DNA of 64,000 nucleotides from Chlorokybus atmophyticus (Eukaryota > Plantae > Mesostigma and Chlorokybus algae): the NCBI GenBank assembly GCA_009103225.1, contig RHPI01003422.1, positions 9,379 to 73,378 of the forward strand, written 5' to 3'. The notes beneath the pieces were generated by a model that was not told the DNA's origin, ran no database searches, and saw nothing but the letters and a program-made list of their open reading frames with translations. Numbering within the stretch: the first letter of the stretch is position 1; each line of letters opens with the position of its first letter. A program made the position numbers and the translations under genes. This document shows, piece after piece, positions 12,701 to 28,134 of the stretch.

Positions 12701-13193
12701 GATGCATCACAGTTACGACAAAATCAACACAGACATGAGCTCAGAACATGAGCATCCTCTCGGCAGTCGACACCTAGAACAGGACAACTACTACTACTTC
12801 CAAGATGGCAACAGATTTGGGTTAGTCTAGAGTGCTGTTTCACATGCCTGGTGTTGCAGACGCAAAACAGTACACCAGTACGAGACTACTAAGTATGGCG
12901 GCGGTCAAAATCTGAACACCCCCCACGCAAGGGCTCATGCTTCAAACAGCAGAAAGTTCCTTCGCCTGGGCAACAGTGGAGCTGCATGACACAGTCAGCG
13001 TGAGATGCAGAAGCGTAGCTGGACAACACTTGTACGCACAGATGCGCGCGCAGATTGAGAAGAGGAACGAGTTTGTCAGAGCAGGACAATACAAACAAAA
13101 CAAACAAAATTTGGCAAACAAATTGTTCAAGTGGTATATAGCATAGCCAACAAAATCATTGAAAGACAAAACCACACTGATGCAGTAAAGAAC

Positions 13194-15257
<2,064 letters not shown>

Positions 15258-16783
15258 GGTGGCAGCTGCTGACCTGCTCCCGCCGCCTGCGTCGCACCGT
15301 GACACACCACCACACCAAAGACCACACCGCGCCCCTCACCCAACATTATCATGTGGGCACTTACACGTGGCGCAATCGGAGCCACGCTTCTCATCAAATT
15401 GTGTGCACATTGACATGTGACATCTGGAAAAACATCAAGTTTCACCATGCCTAGAGGCTGCAGCCGCAATCGATGATGATTAACCTACAATCTACGACAA
15501 GCATATATTACCAATAACCAAGCTGTAGATCATGCAACAGAAATATTGGATCTCATATATCATTAAGGTCAAACCGTACCAAAAATTTTATTCAACATCT
15601 CGTAATTGCGCCGGACGCTTATATGATGTATAAAATGAGTTGCAATGATTGATTTCAAAGTCAGTATTCATATAAGATGTGGATGCTTGTTAATAAACGA
15701 AATATGCATTTATGGGCATGAAGCTATGTGATCCGACGTACCAACGCCGTTGTGGCTGTTGCGGATTTGCTTGAGTTAATTCTTGAGGTAGTTGAACAAC
15801 CAAAGACATATGTACTTGTAAGCAATTAGCCATATAAGCTGTTTACTTAATGATGCTGCAGTGACTGCCATGGAGCTTATGGTTGAATAGGTTTACACGG
15901 AAGTGTAATTTAAGGCGACGTTAGTCTGTACCTTAATTGCATGCAAATTAGCAAACTGAATTGCAAGCAATCACCATTGTGGGAAGGTTCGTGGCGGAGT
16001 GTTGGTCTATAGTGTGCGCGGTGCACATGTTCTTGCATGCAATGTGTGCGTGCATGTGCGTAGCTGCGCATAGCTTTTTATTCTTATTGCAGTATAATGC
16101 GGGGTTAAGGCACGGTGTGTCATTATTACAATATAGGCTATTGAAACATGTACACTGCAACTAATTTCAGCAAGCACTGTCACTTCAAGGTAACCACGCA
16201 ATTTGCATTCCCGCTGCAAAGTATTTAGTTAGCAAATTACATCACCCTCGATGTATAAAAAGTCGAGCACAAGCAGTGGGCAAGTATTTATTATAGAATC
16301 ATTATGGAAAATAAAAGCCGATCGCAAGTCACATCGTGGCCATCTTGGTTGCATTTCACAAAGGCGACACGCATATTTCACTTGTGTGTTTGCTTGGCAT
16401 GATGAGAGCACTGCCTTCAATAGTACATTAAAATGCGTGATGATCGGCATACCAATGAACAACAATCGTTATGTCTACCTCGCCAATCATCTCCTCAACT
16501 TGTACAAACCATGATAGGACCAAACACACGCACATGTGGATAAACCTTAAAGCTCTTTGAAATTTGTCAAGGAGTGTTACGGTTTGTGGACAACGTGTTG
16601 GTGGTGGATGTGCCGAGGGTGCACACATTCATGTACATAGAATTACAAAGTAATACAAGCATGCTGATGCATTGGCAGGTGGGGTGTACCCGCAGGATAC
16701 CACCTTGTCTTTAGCTACATGTACGTCAGGAGGTACCGACCCCGTACATCCGACTACAGCAAACATCAGAGTAGGGTTCCGCC

Positions 16784-16939
16784 NNNNNNNNNNNNNNNNN
16801 NNNNNNNNNNNNNNNNNNNNNNNNNNNNNNNNNNNNNNNNNNNNNNNNNNNNNNNNNNNNNNNNNNNNNNNNNNNNNNNNNNNNNNNNNNNNNNNNNNNN
16901 NNNNNNNNNNNNNNNNNNNNNNNNNNNNNNNNNNNNNNN
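16784..16939. other. Assembly gap (156 N)
   Basis: Run of n characters. Confidence 1.
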
Positions 16940-17605
16940 CCCCGTCAATGAGAAGTTCTGTAGTTGGCCTTATCAAATCTCACTACAATTAGCAGTGTAC
17001 AACCCATGACGCTAACCATAGCAGCCACAAGCACATGCATGTGCGCAACAGCGCTTTCGATTCTAATACACACGAGCTGAACAAACAGTAAGATCACGTC
17101 AACACCAGCCACTTCTTGCCATCACGAATTCTGCATGCCAGCATGCAGGCCTCACACCAGGCGCATAGCTACATTCATTACAACAAATCACGGGGCAAGT
17201 CGTGGTGCTCACCAGCCTGGCCTAACAGGCAACTAGTCACCCACTTAAACACCGCCAACTCCTCCGAGCACGCTTCAGCTCGCAGCTTCTCAGCCCGCAC
17301 ATCTACGCAAAGCTCAACATGCGACTGGCAATCTCAGCAAATGGAAGGAGACACTGAGTGTGCCAAAGGTCTCGGCCGGTAGGGGATGTACCTGCCTCTC
17401 GGTGTGTGGTCGCTGTTCTACTTATTGCTTGCGCAATTGCAATGCATCCGCTGAACAAGGTGGGGTGCAGCTCACAGCAGCACGATCTGTCAACATCTTC
17501 TAAGCCAGCTGCTGCTTACTGCGATCATAGCATTACCCACCCGCACATTCTAATAATATGTACACCACTCACAATGAGACCTATGCAACACTAGGGTAGC
17601 GTACA

Positions 17606-20441
17606 CTACAGTTGGCGGTGCGCACTGCTGCTGAGTATGTCCAGCAGCGCCGACTGCGACTGCTTAAGCACATCAGGCTCCAGCCGTTGAGCAAAACTCG
17701 ATGCGGGCAAAAACGCCTGTACACCCAACCCACTGGACTGCACCCCTTGCAACACCTATTGTCCAAAAACAAAGAGGACGGTCAGCAGCAACGACAACAC
17801 CACAATGATAGCCTGGTAAGTAGTTGCTGATATTGACTGAGTTGCAGCAATCAGCTCTGCATCACAATACCTGGTGGCATGTCGCAAGGTCTGTCCAGCC
17901 ACTTTCTCCAACGCTGAGGAGCTGCGCTTTCATCGTCTTATCGACAAATACGGCCGCCTCAACAGCTTTGCGCGCAGCTGCAGGTGCAGTGTACCCTTCG
18001 GGCAAACTGCTGCTCCGCGAGGTGTGCAACCGCAACACCTGGGCTGCTGCACACCATCGCACATTCGCAATTGCATCAGACATAGTGTCACCGGATGCAG
18101 CTGGCGTGGCATAAATGACACCAACCACCTGCACACAAGGATGAAAAACTTGTCTGCATGCAAGCACAAGTGCATGCACACGCTTACGCATAAGCAGCGG
18201 ATGGTATGCTGACTTACACTGGCGAGTCGGTCGGTGAGGATGGTGTGGTGCGTATGTGCGTTGTGAATGTCGTTGTCACACTGCAGCATGCGAACAAAGT
18301 TGCAAACCATTAAGCGGCCTGCGGCATCAGCCTCGATGCAGTAAGTTGGATCATTCGGATCAACCAAACCGTCCACCAGCAGCACATGTTCCAGCCCCAT
18401 GTACATATCAAACACCTAAAATGTCTACATTAGTTGCAAGCGCATACAAGCGATGACAGGCTACTCTTTAACACTGGCTCACCTTGTACATCCCAACATT
18501 TATCGCTACAGGCAGCGACTTGGCCCGAAAGGTGGGGTAATTGTTGTCGAAGTTGTCTTTGGGATACATGCGGAACGCCTGGTCTCTGATCTCGTATGCC
18601 GCCACCATGTTGGCCGGGAGGTAGCCAGGAGTCTGGCTCTCGCCCAGGTCCGTGCAGTCTCCGAACGGCTCTGGTGCAGCCGTGTGGTTGCGAAACTCCA
18701 AAGCCCACTGCCTCTGCCATGCACAAGCTGCATATGGTGAGACAAAATGCACACTTGCGGACTTGCACTTGCAGAGTACAACCTGAGGCATATGTTTCGC
18801 ACCAGGTTGATGGCGCGGTGCTCAGTATCTGGATAAAAGGTTACTGAGCTTGGTCCATAAGGGAAGGGACTGATGGTTGCTTGCTGCCAGACTGTGGTAT
18901 ACAACTGCAGGCATCCACAACAGAGAGAGCTCGCATGTGTTAAAGGTGTTTATGTACACCCATCCGATTGAACACGCACACACGCACTTATGTCGATTCG
19001 CAAGTGCAAATGTGCTGTACATGACAAGGATATAGCACCGACATGTACACACGCACCGTGTCATGCCCTTCCTCATACCCAGGTATCCACAAGGATGCCT
19101 GCACATAACCTTCATCTCCACGCGTCATTTCCAAAAAGCTACGATCGGTGAACACGCGTGCACGACATACTGCCGCAGCATCGCTCAGCCCAGGAACAGG
19201 CTCAACCTGCAGTCATGTGCATGTCGCAATCAGTTGTTGTGTATTGTTGCTGTTGCTGTTGCTATTGTTGTTGCCCTTCTATTGGTACACAAGCGACGCA
19301 CCAACACAAAGGCAAGCTATTGACCGCTGTGAGCTGAAAAGCCCGCACCCGAACCTGCTGCAGCAGGTGAGGCAGTCGCCACTCAAAGAACCGCGCGTAG
19401 TTCTCACCCGCCAGCGGGGTCCACTTGTCATCATCTCCAGGGTACAGGTATTTGTGTATGTGGTCTGTTCTGTTCTGCACAGACACGAGCACCGACCCAT
19501 CCTCAGTTGTGACGTGCGTCCTGTGCTAGCATACACACTGCAAGCCATGTGCTACTGACCAGGAGTATAAGTCTGACAGCCGTCATGATGGGTGTTTCGT
19601 ACATCGCCAGGGAATCGCCCAGCATCGCACGTATGAAGCCTGCAGACATGAACTCAACATTGATGGACACAGATTGTGCATGCATGATCAGGGGCACGAT
19701 CATTAGCCAAGTGATTGGTATGTTGAACTAGTACATGTTGCATGCTAGGACACACCTGGAGTGTCCAATCCGCGAGCGTTCCAGAAGCCAGTGCCCGCAT
19801 ACCTCTTTCTCCTCCACTGCTCAGGCTGCGCCTCTAAGTACTGATCATGCGGCAGCCGCCTGATTGAACACATGGTCACGCAGGGGATTGCTCGCAACAC
19901 TGTCCGCAATGCACCAGCAGAGATAACGAGGCATGGTGTGTTGCACGCATCTCGCAAAAATCATTGCATAGCTTATGGCTGAGACACCGGCTGCTAACAA
20001 CTAATGAGACACTTCCCATCAATGCTACAATCACACTCACCTTGTCCAGTAGCCGTAGCTTGGGGCCTCCCAGACGGAGTAATCACCGTCAGGATCGAGG
20101 CGCTTGCAGGCTGCAGCTTCAACATGCTCAGCCTGTAATTGCTGTTGCTGTTGTTGTTGCTGTCCTCCTCCTTCTTGCTGCTGCTGCTGCTGTAGGAGAA
20201 GTCGCCGCCCTGCAGAGGACGCATGCCTCCGCACTCCAGCTGGGACAGCAGCGGCGGCGGCGGCGAGAGGTGCGCTGCAAGGGCCAAGCAGGAGAAGCGC
20301 GAGAAGCACAGCCGCAGCAGTCCGCAGGCTCACAAGCTGCTGCTGCTGCTGCTGCTGCTGATTCTGCTGCCCCCTTGCAGCAACCACAACACCAACCCCA
20401 CCTCTGCGGCGGATGACGATAGAGGCGCAAGGCATTGTCAT
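17606..20441 (-). CDS. Uncharacterised predicted secretory/type-II membrane protein, about 10 exons
   Basis: N-terminal poly-Q plus hydrophobic stretch AAAVLLALLLLGPCSAPLAAAA. Exons splice in consistent phase: ..GYWTR|RLPHDQY..LDTP|GFIRAM..LILL|NRTDH..LLQQ|ASLWIP..HDT|LYTTVW..INL|WALEFR..GMYK|VFDMYM..LAS|VVGVIY..CHQ|VLQGVQ..HRQL*. No family recognised. Confidence 0.75.
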
Positions 20442-22294
20442 AAGCAGCAAGCCAGAGACTAGCTGAGTGCTGCGGCGCTAATTAGGCCTAGGCACGACCC
20501 TCAAGCAAAGCTGTGCAGCAGTTTCAGCTTCCATGCAGAACGCACAGCGCAGCTAACGTCAAGGTCAAAGGCCTAAGCGTTGCCGTTGCTGCTACTTTGC
20601 CAGCTGTCAGACGCACGGCATTGAGACACAACAAACGCGCACAAGTGCCCTTGCTCATAGAAATACACACTCCAAAGCAGGCAATATCACGGTAACAAAG
20701 AGAGTACTCGTTGTCCAACTGCTTGTACAGCCGTTTGCCTCACCTGAAGCACGCCCATGTGCCATGCGTGAAATGATGTGACGTGAGATGTGACAGCTGC
20801 TGCCTCTCCAGTCTCCCATGTCCAGCTCTGCTTGAGCGTGGCCGTCCATCTCGTCGTGGTCGCTGTCGTCGTCGTCATGATGGCTTGTGAAAGGATGCGT
20901 GGCAGTAAGCCGCGCACATCGCCGCCTCCGCCGCCGCAATGGGCGGCGGAGGTGCCACCGTCCGTGCTGTCCAACACGTGCAGCAGTGCATTCCTCGCTA
21001 AGGGAATCGTATCAACATCATTTGCCCCGCCAGTTGCCAAGTCGAGCAGAACATGCGCGGGGCCCCCCCGTACCTTTTTTACCCTTGGTGATGTAAGTGA
21101 CTTAATCATTTTGTACTGTATACTTTGCTTCCCACACCTTCCGATATATATGCACAGTCTGACTCAGAAAACCATTGATGGTGGCACCATCAATGGTGTA
21201 TAAGAATTTATTTGAACAGAAATTCTGCTGATGGTTTTGTTCTGCAATTGCACACTCTTCAGCATTGTGTACATTTGATTGGATTTATGTAACTCGTAGC
21301 GGTGTGCGCATTGTTAGGGTGGGTGTTTAGTGGTGGGGAAGCGCAAATGCAACATGACACAACATGTGGTAGTTGTCATGTGGTAGCGAAAGGTTTGGGC
21401 AGGCCCTTTTCAGCTGTGTTGGTTGGCTTGTCCGTTTAGCAATGATGCTTGCCCTAATGCCACACTGATCATTTAGCAGTTGATATCATCATAAGCAATA
21501 CGTGTGCAATGATCCAATTTCATAATCGATCAACTCATGATCTCACGAATTATAACTTGGAAGGCAATAGTTACGCATGTGCCACCTTGAATTGTTTGCA
21601 TGACCTACAAACATATCATCAAATTTAATTGCACAAACCGCTGTATATATTTTTCAACATGTTGATGTACAGTTTATCATATTGCATATTAGCAATCATG
21701 CATCAAGCAATGATTGCATAGTGCATGCTTAACACATGCATATACGTGATTAGTGCACTTGATTTTGTACATTATTATAAATAAATGCAGTTTATATGAC
21801 ACTTTTGCTTAAATGCGACCCTACTCTTATGCAGTAGAATTGCGGTTTGCAAACAAGTTAGGTTTTGTTTGTGTTGATTGCATACCAGGCTAAAATCACG
21901 GTAATTAAGTATATGATATATACATCATATGCGCATCGGTTATGCTGTACGCAGATGCGTAATAAGCATATGTACATGTGCATGGATTATGCACTTACAA
22001 AAGGTGCAAAAACTATATACTATATTGTATGCAGTTTTAGGTGTATAGTGCACTTGAGAATTCTTCATGTGTTGAGTAACTTAGCATTTGCATCAGGAGG
22101 TCATGCTTTTTGCAACTCTACCATTCGGTATGCATGCATGGACTCCCAAGATCATGCCGCATAAAATATAATGCTGCATGTCAACTTCAAGTTCCGGTCT
22201 ACGTGCTGTGCACTTATTTGTCGGTATCACTTATATGGTGCACATGCACCCTTAGTGTATGTACACATAAGGTGTAATTCGGGCACACATGTTA

Positions 22295-22965
22295 TGTAAC
22301 AGTCAAGGCCAAATTTTGTGATTTTCATGGCCGTTTTAGGCCTTATTTGTAAGGTACATGTTTTTTATGACTTGTGGCGGATATCGGCGAGTTATGAGTC
22401 TGCCGCGGATATCGACCGGGGCCCAAGACCAGTCCGGAAGGTGCCAGAAAACGGAGGGCCAGTCGAGAAGGGCTCGACCAGATTTCTGGAAGGGCCTGGC
22501 GCCAAGTAGTATAACTTGACCATATGAGCAGCAAATTAGGAGATCTTTAGTGCGTTGGAAAGGTCTAGAAGTGTACTACAAGATTCTGCAATTATATCTT
22601 AGCTTCTAGTTCCGTCTAGCGCTAGAATCGTCTAGACAGTAGCATGTGCAGACTGGTAGGTATAAAAGTGACATTGTACAATTTGCAATACAACCTTTAG
22701 CTCCCTAGTTTCTTGTGTGCAAGCTTGGTGGTGGCTAGAAGGGGTTGCTAGCGTGTGTCCACTGGTGTGTGCTTGCTTGTGTGACGATCCAAGGCGCTAC
22801 ACAAGTCGGTGTGTAGCTTCGAGCGCATGCGCGTGCGCACGCGAGTGGCGGGGCGCGCGTGTGTGCTTGGCAGAGGGGGCAAGGTTCCGGTGTGAATACC
22901 GTGTCTTGGTGAGAGGGTTGTGGATTGGACCAACTCACAGGTGACAAGGCACGAGCACCGTCACA
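22295..22965 (+). repeat. 5' LTR (671 bp)
   Basis: Starts TGTAAC, ends GTCACA, immediately followed by the PBS. Confidence 0.95.
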
Positions 22966-22967
22966 AC

Positions 22968-22979
22968 TGGTATCGGAGC
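22968..22979 (+). promoter_or_regulatory. Primer-binding site, tRNA-iMet type (TGGTATCGGAGC)
   Basis: Lies 2 nt after the 5' LTR; one mismatch to the canonical TGGTATCAGAGC. Confidence 0.85.
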
Positions 22980-23059
22980 ACGGTTTACGAAGGTGAGAGA
23001 GGAAGTGTGTGGGCGTTTACACTTTTCATTCGGAAGCGGAGTGTAGTATGTTAGTGGAG

Positions 23060-24088
23060 ATGGAGGATGCTCGCATGGAAAAGCTTCAAGCTGCCATCTT
23101 AGCATTAAGAGAAGAGCTTCATCACACGCAAGCGGCGGCACAAGCACAACGCGAGGCGTATGAGCATGCGATGGCGCGTGTACAAATTCCCATGGCATAA
23201 AGCTCGCGCGTGCATGTGAAGGTGCCAAAGCCCAAGCCATTCAGGGGTTAACGTGATGGAGATGCAGTGGATGAATGGATTTTTCAAGTATCGTCTTGGT
23301 TGAAGCTCACGGAGGTGCCCACGCATCTGCACGTGGAGGTTGCAGCGACATTGCTTGAAGGTGCAGCACTTGTGTGGTGGAGGCATCGATGTACGCGTGT
23401 TGCAAACGGGTTGGCGCTACCATTGACCACCATGGAAGAGTTGGCACTGGAGGTCAGGCATCAATTTGTTCCCGTTGAGAGCGTGAAGGCCGCACGCGAC
23501 AAACTTGCAGCCCTTGTGCAAATGGGGTCGGTGATGGCGTACACGGCCGCGTTTCAGCGATTGGTGATGTCCATACCCAATATGACCGAGGAGGAGCAGC
23601 TGGACAGGTATACACGTGGGTTAAAACCTTTGGGGCGTAAAAAAGTGGAGCTACGGGACCCGAAGACACTCGCGGAGGCTATACGCATCGCGGAGCGTCT
23701 CGACGCGTTGTACTTCAAGTCCACCACAAGAAACACTGACTGGAGGCAAATGCATGGTGATCAGCCCCGGGGAGGCTTTCAACAAGCATGGAGACGAGGT
23801 GGACCAAGTTTAGCACTTGCCAATGGAGGTGGAGCTGACTCTGGGCCTGCACCAATGGAGGTGGGTGCCATACACACGCATGGAAGTGAGGCGAAGCACG
23901 GCGGACGTGGTGAAAGAGGTAAAGGTGTGCGCAAGTGTTATGCATGTGGGTCGACGGAGCATTTGGCGTACGGATGCCCCAAACGAAGCACGCAAAGGCC
24001 AACACCGGATGGCAACCCTCGCCGTGATCGTCGCGTCAACACCATGGAGCAAAATGGCGTGGAGCAGGAAAACGACTTCCCCCAGTAG
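23060..24088 (+). pseudogene. gag: Retrotransposon gag with two premature TAA stops
   Basis: Single frame from ATG 23060 with TAA at 23198 and 23249; retrotransposon gag segment (W..VPVESVKAARDKLAALVQ); CYACGSTEHLAYGC = CX2CX4HX4C. Confidence 0.9.
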
Positions 24089-24202
24089 GTGAGGAGGCTA
24101 CTGCTGGGGATAGGAAGGAGCCTTATGCACGGACGGATGCTGTGACATTTCCATTAAAGAAGCAAGAGGAGATGGCTTTAAACGCGCCAATGGTGGTGAG
24201 TT

Positions 24203-26089
24203 ATGCAAACGAGGAGACAACAAAACTTACTATACTTTGGGCTTCGAGCACACATTTGCGATGATCAAAGACGATGGAGAGAGTGTAAGCTCATGATTGA
24301 TAGCGGTGCCAACAGCAACTTCATGAGTATTGATATCGCGCGGCGTTACGGTTGGCTTTCGTTATTACCAAGAGGTGAAGTGAAGCTCGCTGATGGAGAG
24401 CCACCCTCTGGAGGTGATGGCGCTGCGTTTATGACCAAAGAGTTGTGCGTTCGCATTGGAAAGATGAAGGAGAACATGCGATTTTGCTGCATCACCCTAC
24501 GGAACGGGTTTGACGGGATATTGGGACTACCGTGGCTATGGCAACATAATCCATCCATCAATTGGAGGAAGCGCGCGCTCACCATCGAACGAAATGGTGG
24601 AGAATCCATTCAAGCTGCGTCGGACGTCATCGAGGCGCGGCACGCACAATTTGGTGGTACGATAATTGCCCAGATCTGTTATATGCAATTGAGGAAGTTA
24701 TTGTCTTTACGAAGGCAAAGGCTGCATGGTTGTGCGTGGTGCGCGAAAACACTGCAAAGTCAGCACCAGAGCTGAGTGACGATGTTAAGACGGCTACGAT
24801 GGACCCCGAGGTGTGTAAACTTGTTAAAGAATACCAAGATATCATGGTGGACGGACTTCCATCTGGTCTTCCACCTCCACGGAGCGTAGACCACCATGTG
24901 GAGCTGATTGAGGGCGTGCACAAGCCACCGTATCGACCCGTATACAAGTTGTCACCTTTGGAGCTGGAAGAGGCCGAGAGGTAGGTAGCGGACTTGCTGA
25001 AAAGAGGCTACATCAGGCCTAGTAAGTCCCCCTATGGTGCACCTATTTTGTTTGTACGAAAGAAGAACGGAAGCTTGCGCATGTGCGTCGACTACCGAGC
25101 TCTCAACAACATCACAAAGAGGAATTGCTTTCCACTCCCACATATCGACGAGTTGCTGGAGCAATTGCAAGGTGCGCAGTACTTCACAACACTTGATCTT
25201 GCTGGAGGTTATCACCAAATCCGCATCGCCCCCGAGGATGTGGCGAAAACAGCTTTTAATACACGTTATGGGCACTACGAGTGGTTGGTCATGTCCTTCG
25301 GACTTACGAACGCACCGACAACATTTCAAATGCTTATGAACAGCGTTTTTGCTGACTTGATTGGTAAGGGAATCCTCGTGTACCTCGACGACATTTTTGT
25401 GTACGCGAAAACGAAGGAGCACGTGGAACTCCTATGGCGCGTGTTGCAGCGTTTGCGCGAACACAAGTTGTACGCCCAGCTACAAAAGTGCAAATTCTTG
25501 CTTCGAGAGGTGGAGTACCTAGGCCACATCGTGTCGCATGAAGGCATCAAGCCGGACCCCAACAAAGTGCAGGTGGTGCGCGAGTGGACTTCCTCAACCA
25601 ACGTAAATGAGGTGATGTTCTTTTTAGGCCTTGCGGGGTATTATCGCAAGTTTATCATGGGGTTTTCGCGCATAGCTGCTCCCTTGACTGCCCTACTCAA
25701 GAAGGGAAAGCCTCGGAGCTGGTCAGCAACAGAGGAACATGCATTTGCTACGTTAAAGAAGGCGCTGACGGAGGCACTAGTCCTGGCTCACCCCGACATG
25801 GAAAAGACATCTATTCTGGCTTGCCACACGTCCGACACAGCCGTAGGAGCTGTTTTGCAGCAAGACCATGGCAACGGCCTTCAACCAGTAGCATTCTTCA
25901 GCAAGAAGAAAGATGAGTGGTGCGGAGCTGAATTACCCCGTGCACGAGAAGGAACTCTTAGCGCAAGTCATGGCGCTACGACAATGGCGTTGTTTTTTGG
26001 AAGGCAAAAAGTTCGTGCTTGAGACAGATTACTCTCCACTGAGGTACTTACAAACACAACCTCATCTAAGTCGCAGACAAGCTCGATGG
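24203..26089 (+). pseudogene. pol: Retrotransposon pol (protease, RT, partial RNase H), disrupted
   Basis: LMIDSGANSNF protease; GYIRPSKSPYGAPILFVRKKNGSLRMCVDYRALN and VYLDDIFV RT; ELNYPVHEKELLA..LETDYSPLRYL..RQARW RNase H. TAG at 24982 and at least two frameshifts. Confidence 0.93.
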
Positions 26090-26725
26090 CCGTTTTAGGC
26101 CTTATTTGTAAGGTACATGTTTTTTATGACTTGTGGCGGATATCGGCGAGTTATGAGTCTGCCGCGGATATCGACCGGGGCCCCAAGACCAGTCCGGAAG
26201 CTGCCAGAAAACGGAGGGCCAGTCGAGAAGGGCTCGACCAGATTTCTGGAAGGGCCTGGCGCCAAATAGTATAACTTGACCATATGAGCAGCAAATTAGG
26301 AGATCTTTAGTGCGTTGGAAAGGTCTAGAAGTGTACTACAAGATTCTGCAATTATATCTTAGCTTCTAGTTCCGTCTAGCGCTAGAATCGTCTAGACAGT
26401 AGCATGTGCAGACTGGTAGGTATAAAAGTGACATTGTACAATTTGCAATACAACCTTTAGCTCCCTAGTTTCTTGTGTGCAAGCTTGGTGGTGGCTAGAA
26501 GGGGTTGCTTGCGTGTGTCCACTGGTGTGTGCTTGCTTGTGTGACGATCCAAGGCGCTACACAAGTCGGTGTGTAGCTTCGAGCGCATGCGCGTGCGCAC
26601 GCGAGTGGCGGGGCGCGCGTGTGTGCTTGGCAGAGGGGGCAAGGTTCCGGTGTGAATACCGTGTCTTGGTGAGAGGGTTGTGGATTGGACCAACTCACAG
26701 GTGACAAGGCACGAGCACCGTCACA
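26086..26725 (+). repeat. 3' LTR lacking its first 32 bp
   Basis: Matches the 5' LTR from 22327 onward with about 4 differences seen by eye. Confidence 0.95.
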
Positions 26726-28006
26726 TGTTATGTAAACAATATATGTGTGTATATACACGTGTCAAGTTGTAGCATGCTAGTTTGCGTGTGTAAAGTAAAT
26801 GGCACATAAACATCATGACAACAGAGGTAATTGGGACAAATTTTGGGCGCTCAGAGCAATACTGGTTATAATTTAATTTATTAAACTACTTACGCATGTA
26901 TTTTTTGTGCACATCGTGATCAAGCTTTTATAATACCGCTCAAAAGCTGACCATGCTACATGTACATTTGAAAACCGATATTGGTGTATCAAATTCAACC
27001 AATGCTTATGACAACGTGCATCTGTCATGTAAAATTGTGGACAACATATTGTAATTAGTCGAATGCCGTCACAAGGTCTTGTGATGAATTATAAAATGAC
27101 CTGGTCAATCCGCATTCTCGCACATCATCCGCTTACGTATGCATGTTAATAAAAGTTGTGAGAGTAACCATCTCATGCACATGAATAGGGATTATGCGCG
27201 TATCCATTGCAAATTTCAAAGACTGAATGTAATGGCTACATTGCGATTAATATGCAGTATGCAATCAAATTTTGCAGCCTAGAAGTGATGTCATAACGAT
27301 TTCACGTACACATGATGTATATGTGTCAACGTGTATCACTTTGTATTAGCTTGTGTACAATGATTAATATGACATACACCGGCGAAACGAGATGGAAAAC
27401 CCAACGAGTCGCATGTGCAGAGCTGAAAATATATATCACCGCATACAAAAATACACAGTTTACGTAATATACATGTCGCATCACATACAGATAATGCCAT
27501 TGTCTCGTAAAATTCATGAAACATTTACAACATGCACAAACCATATCACGTCATGCATTGACACGTGTTAATAGTGGTATTTAATAGCAAGATATTTAAT
27601 ATACATGTTACGATGTTCAATTTAAGCTGACACATACATGGTTCACGGTATATGCGTAATCATACATTCAACTCATGTGTAAAAGCTACAAGACGTTCAT
27701 ATATGTATGATATATAATATGATGTGCGTTACAAGCAATCTGCGACAACAAACCATGTCATTCAGCCAAAGCAAGTAAACATGATATAAATATGACAAAC
27801 ATCATCTGCACGATGACAGGGATATTAGACCTTCGCTCACACAAGCATCACTCGGTGAACGGCCCTTTCAACCACCAATAGTCTATTGTTGATGCAGCAC
27901 AGAGCTCATAGCCAAACCTTGTACATTTGTCGAAATAGGGTGTTGTGCATTGGGGAATAGAGGTCACCCGCTGTACACTCCCATCGACCGTCCGTGACCG
28001 CTCTTT

Positions 28007-28014
28007 TAGGGTTT
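28007..28014. promoter_or_regulatory. Telo-box (TAGGGTTT) upstream of NOP58
   Basis: Exact AAACCCTA reverse complement about 120 nt before the ATG. Confidence 0.55.
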
Positions 28015-28134
28015 GCTGACTGCGGCGGCGGGGGCGGCGGCGGCGGCGGCCGTGGTGGTGGCGGCCGAGGAGGACAGAAGCGACGAGGAACAGGAAGACG
28101 TGGCGAGCTGCTTGGGCGAGGGCCTGTATGCGTC

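Larger units (their letters stand above)
22295..26725 (+). mobile_element. Ty3/gypsy LTR retrotransposon, defective (integrase, PPT and start of 3' LTR deleted)
   Basis: TG...CA termini; 5-bp TSD TGTTA at 22290-22294 and 26726-26730; near-identical LTRs; PBS; gag zinc knuckle; PR-RT-RH order. Confidence 0.97.

Noticed and set aside
17606-17800. Possible TAG=Gln alternative genetic code (TAG inside an apparent last exon of the orphan gene)
   Set aside because: The TAG is the intron acceptor (caatag|GTG). GAPA and NOP58 end in TAG and RPS7 in TAA, so the code is standard.
20655-21203. Overlapping ORFs upstream of the orphan gene
   Set aside because: GC-rich low-complexity frames; could not be spliced consistently to any gene.
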